Shown here: piece by piece, positions 12,500 through 25,245 of the stretch | How positions within the stretch are numbered: position 1 is the first letter of the stretch | Layout of the letters: each line of letters opens with the position of its first letter | Assembly: GCA_013239625.1 (NCBI GenBank) | Contig: MU054187.1 | Span: 18,468,711 to 18,532,710, forward strand | Direction: 5' to 3' | Length of the DNA: 64,000 nucleotides | Source of the DNA: Lama guanicoe | Lineage: Eukaryota | Notes under the pieces: model-generated | Told to the model about the DNA's origin: nothing | Seen by the model: the letters and a program-made list of their open reading frames with translations, nothing else | The model's database searches: none | Made by a program: the position numbers and the translations under genes

Positions 12500-14030
12500 C
12501 CATTCATTCAGCAAAGTCTGCGTACTACTATGTGCCAAGCGTCTTGCCCCTGATGCTACAGACAGTGTAAGCTCTCACAGGGACTACGTATCATCTCTTA
12601 GACGAGACATATGCCAAGCAAATACCAATCAATCCTTTCATTATATGTTTCATAAGTGTTACATAAATGCTTCATAGATGCATAAAGGAAAAATTTCAGT
12701 GCTAAAAGAGCATATAACAGACCTAGCCAGGAGGTCGGAGAAATTCTTTCTCAGAAGTTAAAGGATATAAAAGAATAATTTAAGCCAAGAGGTGGGAGTG
12801 CCTTCCAGGCAAAGAAAAGTGCCTGCTGATGGCTCAGAAGCAGTAAAGAATGGCATCTGAGAACACGGGAGGATGTCAGGGTGGCTGACAAGCCTACAGC
12901 CAGGGGGATGACTCAGGAGGTTGAGGGACATGATGGAGAGGAAGGTAGGCTTGACCTTCGGAGAGCTCTGCAAGTCGTGCTAAGGAGTTTGGATTTTCTC
13001 CCAAGGGCAGGAAAAAGCCACTGATGGTTTTAACTTAATTAGGTGGCACTTCTAAAAGGTAACTCTGCCTGCAGAGTGGAGGATAATATTACAGAGAGTG
13101 TCAGGACTGAACTCTGGGAATCACCTCACACTGGTCAGAATGACCAAAATGTCTACAAAGAATCAATGCTGTAGAGGGTGCAGAGAAAAGGGAACCCTCC
13201 TACACTGTTGGTGGGAATGTAAATTGGTGTAGCCACTGTGGAGAACAGTATGGAGATTCCTTATAAAGCTAAAAATAGAGTTACCATATGATCCAGCAAT
13301 CCCACTCCTGGGCATATATCCAGAGAAAACTCTAATTCAACAAGATACCTGCACCCCAATGTTCACAGCAGCACTGTTGACAATAGCCAAGATATAAAGC
13401 CACCTAAATGTTCATCAACAGATGAATGGAAAAGAAGATATGATATACAATGGAATATTACTCAGCCATAAAAAAGAATGAAATAATGCCATTTGCAGCC
13501 ACATGGATGGACCTAGAGATTATCACACTAAATGAAGTAAGTCAGAAAAAGACAAGTATCATATCACTTACATGTGGAATCTTAAAAAATGACACTAATG
13601 AACTTATTTACAAAACAGAAACAGACTCACAGACATAGAAAACAAACTATGGTTACCAAAGGGAAAAGACGGGTAAGGATAAATTAGGAGTTTGGGATTA
13701 ATATATACACAGTACTATATATAAAATAGATAAATGACAAGGATGTACTGTATAGCACAAGGAACTATATTCAGTATCTTATAATAACCTATAGTGGAAA
13801 AGAATCTAAGAAAGAATATATATATGTATAACTTTCTCTCTTTGCTACAAACCTGAAACTAACACAATATTGCAAATCAACTCTACTTCAACTGAAAAAA
13901 AACAAAAAGACTGGACACTGGGAGACCAGTCAGAAGATATTGTAGATGTTCAGCATGAGTGCTGAGTGTGGCTTAAACGAGGATGTGGCCTTGGAGGTGG
14001 AGGGAAGCAGGTGAATTGGGCTGAGGTTCA
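12500..14030 (-). mobile_element. L2 LINE fragment interrupted by a younger L1
   Basis: 'cattcattcagcaaa...tactatgtgccaag' (antisense L2 3' end) and 'aaggagtttggattttctcc...gccactgatggtttt'. The L2 resumes after 13908 with 'gggagaccagt'. Confidence 0.65.
13120..13908 (+). mobile_element. 5'-truncated L1 with TSD
   Basis: L1 ORF2 C-terminal remnant (MEYYSAIKKNEIMPFAATWMDLE), 3' UTR and A tail. TSD gactgaactctggga (13105-13119) / gactggacactggga (13909-13923), 13/15 identical. Confidence 0.9.
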
Positions 14031-16125
14031 GCTATGAGGACAGAGGACCAGAGCGCGGACAGGGTCTGGGAAAAAAGGGAGCGGCAGGGTCACCTGTGAG
14101 CAAGTGAGAGAATAAGATGCCATCAACTAAGACAGAAGCATGGAAAGAGGACCTCCTACTCCAGCCATGAAGTGGAAAAGCATGAGTCTGAAAACCTCAA
14201 TCCAGTGGTGCACAGGCTGGTGAGAACACTGGCTCCTTGGGTCCCGGTGCCGATGGCAGCATGGTTCCTGGCGATGAAAGATGGAGCGGTTTGGCTCACG
14301 CGAGTGCACTCATGTGCTGCCTGACAGGATGTTAGTCCTCCTTTCCTTCCTTCTTGCCTTGGCTGCTATCTCAGGCTGACAACAGGAACAAGCGGAACTC
14401 TGTGATTTGATTTTTTTTTTTTGAGCTCCTGACAGCCGTTTTACATAATCTTCAACAATAACAGGCTTTTGAGTGTCCGGGCACAGGTTGCACTCGGCGC
14501 TGGGAGACACTTATCTTCCACACTTAGGTGACATGATAAGCATTCCGTCTATAGATAAAGCATTAGGCAGCTAATACAGCATTAGGCAACGTGTTTTCTG
14601 TTCTTCTCTTCTGTTCAACCATTAAAAGTGCCGGGGCCTTGGGATTTGCCTGGATCATCTTAATCCCACTTCACCTACCATAGCTGTTTACTCTCGGTGA
14701 TGGATTTGACATGTAACACAGCATGGAGCAGGTACACAGCCAGCTTCTGTTCACTTTTCTTTCAAAGGAAAAGGCAAGGCTTCAAAATGCAAAGAAAGAG
14801 CAGCTCAGATTCTGCTCCTAAGGAGGAAGTCTTCCTGCTACGTGAAGAAGTCGAGCCAGGCAGTCTGCCCATCAGCTCCACTGAGAAGTCAGCGTGTCCG
14901 CAACCTCATGCCAAGAGCACAGGACATTGGTGCTATATCCTCAGAGGGTGCCCAGCCAACACTTGACCATGGTATGCCAAGGGGAGATCAGCTGAAGAGA
15001 CCCTGACGGCCCATGTTCTGGTGCTCGTTCTGGTATAAATTAGCCAAGTGACCTTGAACAGGTTACCAGGCCTTGGTCGTGTCATCTTCGAAAACATAGG
15101 ATGAAATGAAGTGGAATCTCTCATCTCAAAGTTCCAAAGCCTTACTTGTCTTGGCGGAGTCCAAATTACACCCACATCAATGTTGCTTTGGAGGGTTTTG
15201 TGTGTGAGTTCATGAAGGGTGAGATGAAAAGGAAAGAAAGGAATTATTTCTCTCTTGTCAAGGACGTACTCTCGCCAAGAGCAGGGAGCCTGTCTGTCTC
15301 GTTCACAGTTGTCACACAGTAGGTGTGCAATAAAGACTTGCTGAATGGAATGTTCAGGGACAGACTGCCCTAGAGAGAGACTTGGAGGCTCTCCTCTCAT
15401 GAAAGGCAAGACTGGACTTTAATGAAAGCCGAAATTTCACTAAAGAGGGAAGAATTCTTTATTTGCAAGGAGAGCCTAAGATCCTGGCTCACCAAGTAAC
15501 AATTCTGTTGGCAGAACAGGAGACAGTGTCTTGTGTCCAGTGCGGTTTCTCAAACTGGGGTCTAATGCAGCGGTACATTGAAATTATATAGAATCACAAG
15601 ATCTCTATGAACATCAGTTTTGCTGGATAAAGTAACATATTATCTTCATATTAAAACAAAAATGTCTATTTGATGAAGTAGAATGCAAAATTATCATCAC
15701 ATCGAAAAATAAGAAGTGAGACTTACAGGATACAGCAGTGGACTAGGGCCAGAGACCAGGAGTCCATGTCAGTGGGTTGGCTATTTGACTCTGGAAAAGT
15801 CACTCTACCTCTGGCCTCAATTTTCCCACTCAGGAGAGGGAGACTGGCCTAGATGGTCTCTCATACCTCTTCCAATCTTTAAACACTCTGATGATGATTC
15901 CACAGGAAATGGATGAAAACTACTGTTATACAGTGTAGCTTTCGATAAATTTTATCATTGCTCTGATCTGCTCTCTGGCTTGGATGACTCATATTACTGT
16001 CAGGGGAAGGTAGAAAATCTCTAAGAGCAGATACTCTAAGACACTGCATTTTCCTTTCCCCCTCTTCACCCTCCTTTACTCCCCTATCTTCCTAGATGGA
16101 GAGGTAGGTAGATAGGCAGATAGAT

Positions 16126-16193
<68 letters not shown>
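16126..16193 (+). repeat. (GATA)17 microsatellite with degenerate flanks
   Basis: Perfect tetranucleotide run read directly. Confidence 0.95.
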
Positions 16194-17339
16194 TGGCTAG
16201 ATACATAGATGACAGAGGTAGAGATAGATGTAAATAGATAGATATAAATATGTATATCTATAAGCTTCCAGAAAAATGCTCACAATGAACTCAGCTAAAT
16301 CCTCTGGCTACCAGTTTCTTGAACTTGTTTCCTCCTGTTGTCAGCATAGCTCTCGGGAAAACCAGTCAGCCTTCCCTGTCTCTCCCTCCACCCCATTCCT
16401 TTGCACTTTAATTGCTTCCCCTGTTTCTGGCACCCTTACTGCTCTACAGAAGGTCATTTCCTTTTCTAAACACAGCCGGCCCAACCCTGTGGCTCCCAGG
16501 GTCATCCTCCACCCAACTCTGATCTCTCTCAACATCCCACCTCCATACAGAGCATTGGACAAATTAGGTACCAGAGAAGTATTTGTTGAATTGACTGTCT
16601 GAATGTCCAAGCATTATTTTGTACTTAATGTTACTGAAAGTAACCCTACTTTTCTTTCGAAAAAGCTTTCTCTTCAGGAGAGATAAACCATTTTGGCCAG
16701 ACTGAACTTAGGGTAAAGCAAAACTGGCTGAAACATAACAAAGCTACTCCTCCATCAAAGAAAAACCTTCTAAGGATGATAAACTTTCACAAATTCCGCT
16801 ACTGGCTTCTCTACATCCCAGAACCTCTCTCCACTTGTCAAATCCTAACTGTGCTTTGAAGCCTGTCTCAAGTATCTGCTCTTACATAGTTTTTCTTGAC
16901 CACTGCAATTGGAAATATTGTCTTCAACCACCCTAACCTAAGAGCTATGTGTTGCTATGACATTTTTTTGGTATTTACTTTCTTATGTAGTATTATAGAT
17001 ATTAATAATCCTACCAAAAATAAGTATCTTGAAAGACAGGATCTCTTTATTTTCTTTTCTATATGGACCAGAGCACATAATAGATACCTATTAAATATTT
17101 GTTGAATGGTGGATGATCACAGTTTCCACAGAATGTTTCAGTGTCAGACCCTTTGCAAAAATGTGTTATCATCATTGTTTCCCTAGATGAATCTCATCTC
17201 TACTATCATAGCAAGTTTAGCCTCAGAGGTCTTTTTGAGGAATCTGTTTGATTTTGAGGAGGAGTACTGTGAGGAATTACAGAACTGCCATGAATCGCTG
17301 GTGTTGTGCCCAACTGGAGAGTTTCCTGGTCCTAAAACA

Positions 17340-19190
17340 TTCATCCAGTCATTCAACAAATATTTAATGAGCACCTAGTATGTACCAAGCAGTGTTCTAA
17401 GCCCTGGAGATACAGCAGTGAATGAAACAAAGTAGAAAAAAAAATCCCTGCCCTCATGGAGCTTACACTCTAGGGTTGGGGAGGAGATAGACAATCAACA
17501 AAGTAAATAAGTATATGTATAACGTAACAGGAGGTCATGAGTGCTTGGAGAGAGCGAACACAAAGAAGGGGACAGGGAGTGTGGGGCAGTGGCTGAAACT
17601 TTAACTAAGGGTGATCATAGCAGGATACAAGAAAATGGGGCACGAGAGGATGGCCGTGTCCCAGGTCTCGGTTGAATCCCTGGGACACATCCACCAAGTG
17701 AGGGTCCTTAGCTTCATGCAGGAAAAATTCAAGAGAAACCCATAGTTGAACAAAAGTAGATTTATTCAGATAGATGTACACTCCATAGGCAGAGTGGAGG
17801 CCATCTCAGAAGGCCAGAGAAGGGCGATGAAGTGTGGGACTGGGTGCTTAGTTTAAGGTAAAAGTAGATACTCCATTGACAGAGGGCAAGCTATCTCAGA
17901 AGGCAAGGGAGCAAGAGGCCTCAAGGCATGGTGTTGCTAGCTTTTAAGGGCTCCATAGCCTCATATGCTAACAAATGGAAAGATTATTCCAACTACTTTG
18001 GGGAAGGGGCTGGGATCCCCAAGAATCGGGCCACCGCCCACTTTTTGACCTTTTATGGTTAGCCTCAGAACTGTCATGGCTCCTGTGGGTGTATCATTTA
18101 GCATGCCAATATATTACAAGTGTATAATTAGGCTCAAGGAAGACAAATCTCCAGCTATCTTTGGCCTCAGGGTTTATTGGGTGTTGAATTCCCTGCCATC
18201 TTCGTGCTAATTGCTGTGTCATTCCTTTAATGGCTGTGCCCTGCCCTCTTCCTCCCTGTCTCAGTAGGACTCTGAGAAACCAGCATTTGAAGAGGTGAGA
18301 GAACAAGGCTTACTGATATCTAAGTAGGCAGGAGTGGAAAATTGGTCCAGGCAGAGGGACTGGTGAGTGCAAAGGCCCTGAGGGCAGCAGCCTTGGTGAG
18401 TTTAAGGAACCACAAGGTCAGGATGGCTGGAATTAGGGATTGATGTAGAAAATAGTAGGAGTAAGGTTCAGGAGCTGCGGGAGTGGTGCACAGGGCAGAC
18501 TTTGGAGGGACTTGTGGGCCATTCTAGGGACACTGGTGTTTATGCTGAGGAAGATGGTGCATTTTCAGCAGAGGAATGATATGATTTGACTTTGGCTCTT
18601 AAACGATCACTCTGGCTTCCATGTTGAGATGAGTCTGTAAGGGAGCAAACAGAGGCAGCGTGACCACTTAGGAAGCTAGGGCGGTAAGTCAGGTGACAGA
18701 CAGATGACGGTAGATTGGGTCGGATGATAGATGCAGAAGTGGTGAGAAGTTAGAATCTGGACATGCTTAGAAGGTAGAGCCGAAAGGGTTTACTGTGAAA
18801 TCAGAAATAGGATGTGCATAGAAGAGAGGAGTCAAGGGTGACTCCAATATCTTTGACCTGAGCAAGTGGCCAAGTGAAGTGGGGACAGAAGTCTGTGGGA
18901 AATTGGAGGTGAAAAGGATCAGAAGTTCATTACTACGTTTTATAATTCTGACCAGTCATCTTAATGGAGTAGATGTTGAGTAAATGGTATATATATGTAT
19001 ATGTATGTGCATGTATAGTTAAAAGTCTGGTGTTCTGGAAGAGTTCAGGCTACAAATCCAGATTTGGGATGAAGGCCATAAGGCCATATGAGCTCACTCA
19101 GGGAGTGAGCATATGTAAGCAGACAAAAGGTATAAGGACTGAGTCCTGGACACTCCAAGTTTAAGATGTAGGGGAAATGAGGAGAGAAAA
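17340..19190 (-). mobile_element. L2 LINE fragment interrupted by a solo LTR
   Basis: 'cattcaacaaatatttaatgagcacc...ctggagatacagcagtgaatgaaaca...ccctgccctcatggagcttacactctag'. L2-like sequence resumes at 18264 ('gagtgcaaaggccctgagg'). Confidence 0.75.
17617..18263 (-). mobile_element. ERV solo LTR (~650 bp), antisense
   Basis: The minus strand starts TGAGACAGGGAGG at 18263 and has AATAAA at 17761-17766. It interrupts collinear L2 sequence. The left boundary is approximate. Confidence 0.7.
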
Positions 19191-20499
19191 CATGTTTGCA
19201 GGTTTTGAATCTGTTTCTAAATTGCGTTCCTCTGCTCCCTAGCGCTCAGAGGATCCTCTAAAGTCAACCTACTGGGGTCCTTCTGCCCCAAGGCCAGCAA
19301 CTTCCCGTAATTGTCAGCTGCTTGGGTACAGTTTTCTAGAAGGTCACCTCAGAACTGGCTCCCAAAAGTTGTCTGTTGGGCTTATGGACCCTATACTCTA
19401 ATCCTGTCTTCTCTCTTTTTGTTTTTGGGGGTAGAAGTAAGAAAAATGCAGAAGGACATTACTTTAGCTCTTGGATAATGATTCCCAGGTAAGTCATTCT
19501 GGAAAGTCCAGCTACAAGCTGCATATTTGGACACCAAGATATGTAAGTTGTCTTGTCCTGCTAACTAAGACACTGTTCACTCTTGTTTAGAAAGATTTAA
19601 ACAGGACCAACGCATTTATCTTTGGCTGGATTCTTGTAGAATACATGGAAACGTTGAGCCCTGAACCAAGTCACACCAGAAATTCTCTTATTTCAAAGGA
19701 AACCTTTTAAAATTTATTTGTTTATGTCTTCATGTGTATTTTATGCCTGGCTCTTGGGGTTTTAACATTATGAGATGTTTTTAAATACGAAAATTATCTT
19801 AAATAAGACATTTAAGCTATTTTCTGATTGCCCACTCCTCCCACTAACACTGGAAGGAGAGAGAGGTAGGAAGAGAATTGTAGTCCTATTTATTTTTGAA
19901 ATCTGAATAGTTAAAATGTTAGCTCACTGAAAAACAAACACTTTTATTGGGAAAGAAATCATGGGAAAGGTAGATGTAAAAAAAAAAAAAGGAAATTTGA
20001 TACCATGGGTTAAATGCTTCCTAATTTTCTTTTTCACAAACCTAAACTTTGTGTTATTACCTTATTGTAGTTCTCAGAATTTTTCAAAGCACTACACAAA
20101 GGGGTAGAAAGTATACAGCTACAAAAGGCTCCAAATCCTTTTTCTATGTCAGAATATAATACCAGCCCCTCCTCCAGTTACACAGGGCGATTCCTCTCTC
20201 TTTGAGTTGCAGAAGGAACACGTCACGTCTCTTAGCTTGCACTCGTGTTCCTCAGGCCTCTCTAACAGCATTTTAAGCAAGTTGGCAATAATAAAGGAGA
20301 TACAGGCAACAGACAAAAGATCCTAGACTGATGTTTACTTTGAAATGTTTGAGTCTTTGTTGAAAAAAAAAGGGAAGAAAAGAATTCCAAATTTCTGAGT
20401 TCAACTTAGTTGATCCTGAGTCTTAAAACACAGTCCATATACGTGTAGATGCCTGAAGACTCGTCTGGCAGCACAAGCAAGTGGAGTTTCATACGTCCA

Positions 20500-20650
20500 G
20501 CGGGGGCAGCTGGAGGAGCACAGGCTTTGGAAAAACACAGACCTGGGTTTGAAAAGTAACTCCATCGCTTTTACTACCCACGTGTATGAGGGCAATTACC
20601 TTACCTCTTTAAGCTTCAGCTTCCTCACTTAAAAAAAAAAAAGAAAATAA
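20500..20650 (+). mobile_element. MIR SINE
   Basis: 'acagacctgggtttgaa...gggcaattaccttacctctttaagcttcagcttcctcac'. Confidence 0.6.
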
Positions 20651-20669
20651 TGAATATCTTTCTTGTTGG

Positions 20670-20850
20670 TTTATTATTTTTCTATTTTATTTTTTACGGA
20701 GGTATAATTGATATAGGACATTATATCAGCTTCCAGTGTGCAACATAATGATTCGATATTGTATATATAGCAAAATGGTCACCACAATGTCTAGTTAACA
20801 TCCATCGCCCTACAGAGTTACAAAAATTGTTTTCTTGTGATGAGGACTTT
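20670..20850 (-). mobile_element. L1 (L1MA-like) 3' terminal fragment
   Basis: 'gaggtataattgatata...gtgtgcaacataatgattcgata...gtctagttaacatccatc'. Confidence 0.7.
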
Positions 20851-21482
20851 ACTGAGTGTGTTTTGAAATAGACATTATTGACTCGAGGGAAAGCACATAA
20901 CTTTTTCAAGTGATTCCAGATTGTGGTTTGCAGTATCTTTTTTTTAGGAAAGAAAACCCTTGGCATTATCAAATCTATTCGTGTAACTTTGTGATTATTA
21001 CTCTAGAGCAAGCTATGAGCTTTTTTTCAATTTTAAATTAGATGTCAGATGAAAAAATTTTCCATGTTTTTGCAGATTCAGGTATTAGATTTTGAAAATA
21101 ACCATCTGTTATCCTCCAAATTGAGGTAAGCCAAATAAAATCTTAATCTCAGAATTTCATTTCTGAAGCTATACTTCCATTCACATACATTGTTTTCCTC
21201 TTTGTGTGATTTCAGAAGCAACCAAGTCTTATGATCTTGTCTCTTTTCTTTTTGATTTCTCTAGAGAGACCCAGATCTTCTTTTTTTAATCTGTTGGACC
21301 ATAACCAATAGTGATCTGATGTGCTCAGTGTACCTCTTGTGTAACTGTCCATATAATTCTTGTGGTCAGTTCTTAATTTTCATTTCCCAGATATTTTCTG
21401 CAATTTTATCAAACGGCATCCAACCCTTAATGACTTACACAGACAACTTGATGACCCAAATCTAACAGGCCTAGAACTCATG

Positions 21483-21700
21483 GTCTTTAGCCAACCACCT
21501 CTGGATCAAGATCTCACAAACTAAGCAAAACCAGGCCTTGATGCTTCTTGGATGGAAAACCAGAGGGAAAGAGGATGTGAGCTGAATTATTTAGTAGATG
21601 ATAATCTTCCCTGCCATCAGCACTGAAGCAACCACCCCTCGTAGTCTGAAGTTCAACTGGAGGGCATCCATTGGAATAATATGTAAAACTAAGGTGCTAT
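21483..21700 (+). mobile_element. AmnSINE1-like ancient SINE (5S rRNA-derived head)
   Basis: 5S-like head 'gatctcacaaactaagc...aggcc...cttggatggaaaacc', followed in order by blocks resembling the recalled AmnSINE1 consensus: 'ttagtagatgataatcttccctgccatcagcactgaagcaaccacccc' and 'ctggagggcatccattggaataatatgtaaaactaaggtgct'. Confidence 0.7.
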
Positions 21701-22486
21701 TAGTTTTTCCCATTGTGGTGCTCATTTGTGTAACACCCTTGAGGACTAAGGAATTCGACTTGTATATTTCACAACCAACTGAAGCTTATTCCTTTAAGTG
21801 CTAAAACTTTCTATTTTAAATCAAAATCTTTATCAAAATGACTATCTACTTTCCTGCCTCTCTAAAAAGAGTGCAGGAAGCATCATGCCACCTTGTCTTG
21901 ATGATTAAAGTCATGATCATCATCATTTATCCTGATAGATACTGGCAACCTCCAGACATTTTGTGTTGAAAAGTTTGGGCACGTTGACAAAGGCTCCAGC
22001 TGACTATTCATTTTTTAAATGACTTGTCACTTATTTTGGAGGTCTTGAAATGTTCTTTCAGGTTATCAAACACAGTGGCTATCCTATCTTCCCCATTCTA
22101 ACTGTCTATTGTGGGGCGAATCATCAAAAACCCAATATGGATAGAATTGTACCTCCAGAAAAAGCAAATAGTCCCTGAGGTAGAAGCCTGTGGGAATATC
22201 CTAATATTAACATAAATAACCTTTGGGATAAGTTTTAGGGCATGGCCTTCTTGGGCTTTTTTTTTTTTAAGTTCTTTCTAATTTAATGAGAGTTTTTGTG
22301 TGCAGGTGGGAGTCATTGTTTGAGTGAGAGCATTTCTTAGAAGAGAACAGAAAGCATTTAGTCCCCATTATCTCTGGCATTATTTTGACAAGTCCTGCTT
22401 TCATGAGTGGGAAGAGAGCAGTGAAGTAGCTTATGCAAGGCCAGTAGCACCAGGGGCAGAACCAGATATAGAAAATACACCTTTTG

Positions 22487-23600
22487 TAAGCTTTTGCACA
22501 GCAAAGGAAACCATAAGCAAAACAAAAAGACAACCTACAGAATGCGAGAAAATATTTACAAAAGATGAGACTGCAGAGCTTAATTTCCAGAATATATAGA
22601 GAGCTCATACAACTTATTAAGAAAAAAACAAACAACCCAATCCAAAAATGAGCAGAAGACCCAAACAAGCAATTCTCCAAAAGAAATACAAATGATCAAT
22701 AGGCACATGAAAAAATGGTCAATATCACTAATTATCGGAGAAATGTAAATCAAAACTACAATGAGGTATCACCTCACACCAGTCAGAATGGCCATCATTC
22801 AAAAGTCCACAAATAACAAATGCTAGAGAGGCTGTGGAGAAAAGGGAACCCTCCTACATTGCTGGTGGGAATGCAGGTTGGTGCAGCCACTGTGGAAAAC
22901 AGTATGGAGATTCCTCAAAAGTCTACTCCTAGGAATAGACTTACCATATGACCCAGTAATCCCACTCCTGGGCATATATCCAGAAGGAACCCTACTTCAA
23001 AAAGACACCTGCACCCCAATGTTCATAGCAGCACTATTCACAATAGCCAAGACACGGAAACAGCCTAAATGTCCATCGACAGATGACTGGATAAAGAAGA
23101 TGTGGTTTATTTATACAATGGAATACTATTCAGCCATAAAAATGACAACATAATGCCATTTGCAGCAACATGGATGTTCCTGGAGAATGTCATTCTAAGT
23201 GAAGTAAGCCAGAAAGAGAAAGAAAAATACTATATGAGATTGTTCATATGTGGAATCTAAAAAATAAATAAATAAATAAATACAAAACAGAAACAGACTC
23301 ATAGACATAGAATACAAACTTGTGGTTGCCAAGGGGGCAGGGGCTGGGAAGGGATAGACTGGGATTTCATAATTTGTAGATACTGACAGGCATATATAGA
23401 ATAGATAAATAAGATTATACTGTATAGCACAGGGAAATACATACAAGATCTTGTGGTAGCTCACAGTGAAAAAAAATGTGACAATGAGTATATGTATGTT
23501 CATGTATAACTGAAAAATTGTGCTCTACACTGGAATTTGACACAACATTGTAAAATGACTATAACTCTATAAAAAAAAAGTGTTTTAAAAAAAAGAAAAG
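22487..23600 (+). mobile_element. Young camelid-type L1 3' portion
   Basis: ORF2 C-terminal remnant ([13 protein letters not shown]...CTPMFIAALFTIAK...MEYYSAIK), 3' UTR ending 'cattgtaaaatgactataactctataaaaaaaa'. Confidence 0.9.
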
Positions 23601-24311
23601 AAAAAAAATACAACCCAATCAAAAAATGGGAAGAAGACTTAAACAAGAAATTCTCCAATGAAGACATACAAATGGCCAATAGACACATGAAAAAATGCTC
23701 AGTATCACTAATTATCAGAGAAACGCAAATCAAAACTACAGTGAGGTATCACCTCACACCAGTAAGAATGGCCATCATTTAAAAGTCCACAAATGATAAA
23801 TGCTGGAGAGGCTGCGGAGAAAAGGGAACCCTCCTACACTGTCGGTGGGAATGTAGTGTGGTGCAGCCATTATGGAAAACAGTATGGAGATTCCTCAAAA
23901 GACTGAAAATAGACTTACCATTTGATCCAGCAATCCCACTCCTGGGCATATATCCAGAAGGAATCTTAATTCAAAAATATACATGCACCCCAATGTTCAT
24001 AGCAATACTGTTTATGATAGCTAAGACATGGAAACAACCTAAACGTCCATTGATAAATGGACTGGATAAAGAAGCTGTGTTATATTTATATAATGGAATA
24101 CTACTCAGTCATAAAAAATAATGAAATAATGCCATTTGCAGCAACATGAATGGACCTGGAGATTGTCATTCTAAGTGAAGTAAGCCAGAAAGAGAAAGAA
24201 AAACACCATGATATCACTTACATGGGGAATCTTAAAAAAAAAAAAAAAGACTTGCAAAACAGAAACAGACTCTCAGATATAGAGAACAAACTTGTGGTTA
24301 CGAGTGGTGGG
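23601..24311 (+). mobile_element. Second L1 3' portion, head-to-tail with the previous one
   Basis: Repeats the ORF2 end ([20 protein letters not shown]...). The 3' UTR breaks off near 24311. Confidence 0.9.
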
Positions 24312-24480
24312 TGGTATAAATTTTAGGTGTAAAAGACAATGATGCACAATTTTTAAAAGTTACACTCCAGGACAGTTATTATAACGTACTGGCTATATTC
24401 TCTGTGTTGCACAATATGTAGATCCTTGCGGCTGATTTATTTTATACATAGTAGTTTCTACCTTTTAATACCCCATCTCA
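24312..24480 (-). mobile_element. Inverted L1 3' UTR segment
   Basis: Reverse complement reads 'gagatggggtattaaaaggtagaaactactatgtataaaataaat...ttttaaaaattgtgcatcattgtcttttacacctaaaatttata'. Confidence 0.7.
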
Positions 24481-25245
24481 ATCTAGAGCATAAAGTTATT
24501 ATTTGAAGGGTAGCAGTATCAGATTAATTGTATACCTGAGGAAGTAGAATTGTTCATACATTAAAAAGAAAATTTATCAGGATGTATCATTTTTTTTTAA
24601 ACACAAGCACCAGCCACATAAGCCACAGCAGGAAAATACACTAAAAGCATTATTATCCCAGAAGTTTCTACCTTACCCCAGGCCGCTCTGATATGGACGC
24701 TTCGGGGTGCAGGTGGGAGAACAGTGGGGTACAGGAGTGGAGGATGGCTGAGCAAGGCAATGACAGAATGCCTCACCAGAGGCTCTCCCAGGCTGAGTGG
24801 AATACTGTCCAGATAAGAGGGTCTCATTGTCCCCAGCCCAACATGAAGCTTTTAGCACTGGACAGAGATCTGGTTAACTACTTGCTGTCCACAAGGAATG
24901 TCCGGTGAAGACTTAACTTAGTGCAATTATTTCTCTCTTACATTAAATTCTGCTCATGTCTCCTACAATTTTTAAAACATAGATCTGCCCAATTGAATAT
25001 GGACAAGCAAGCAAAAAAAAAAAAGACACCTTAACTTTCATTTTGATGCCTTTGATCATTCAGTAGAGTCTTCTGAAAATTAATGCAGCACAGAAAGACA
25101 GAAAAATGTGAAATACAGAGCAGCTGAGTTGAAACTAAGTCATTACTCTCGCGGGTCAAGGTTTGGGGGCTTTCCAGCCTGTTATTTACCTGGTTTTAAG
25201 GGGTTGACTTTTATTCTGAACCCTGATCCCCTTTCACCTGCCCCA

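Noticed and set aside
14933..15409. 158-aa minus-strand ORF
   Set aside because: Overlaps MIR- and L2-like fragments and has no homology or coding signature.
17183..17378. Paired ORFs, one with the acidic stretch FDFEEEYCEELQ
   Set aside because: Short, runs into an L2 tail and resembles no protein I recognise. The candidate minus-strand acceptor leads to early stops.
21483..21561. Possible functional 5S rRNA gene
   Set aside because: Heavily diverged and continues into SINE body sequence. The 45.7-kb copy is also non-functional, at only 41 nt.
22878..24121. ORFs starting [14 protein letters not shown] (also 13450..13638 and 47780..48022)
   Set aside because: These are broken fragments of the L1 ORF2 C-terminus, not host genes.
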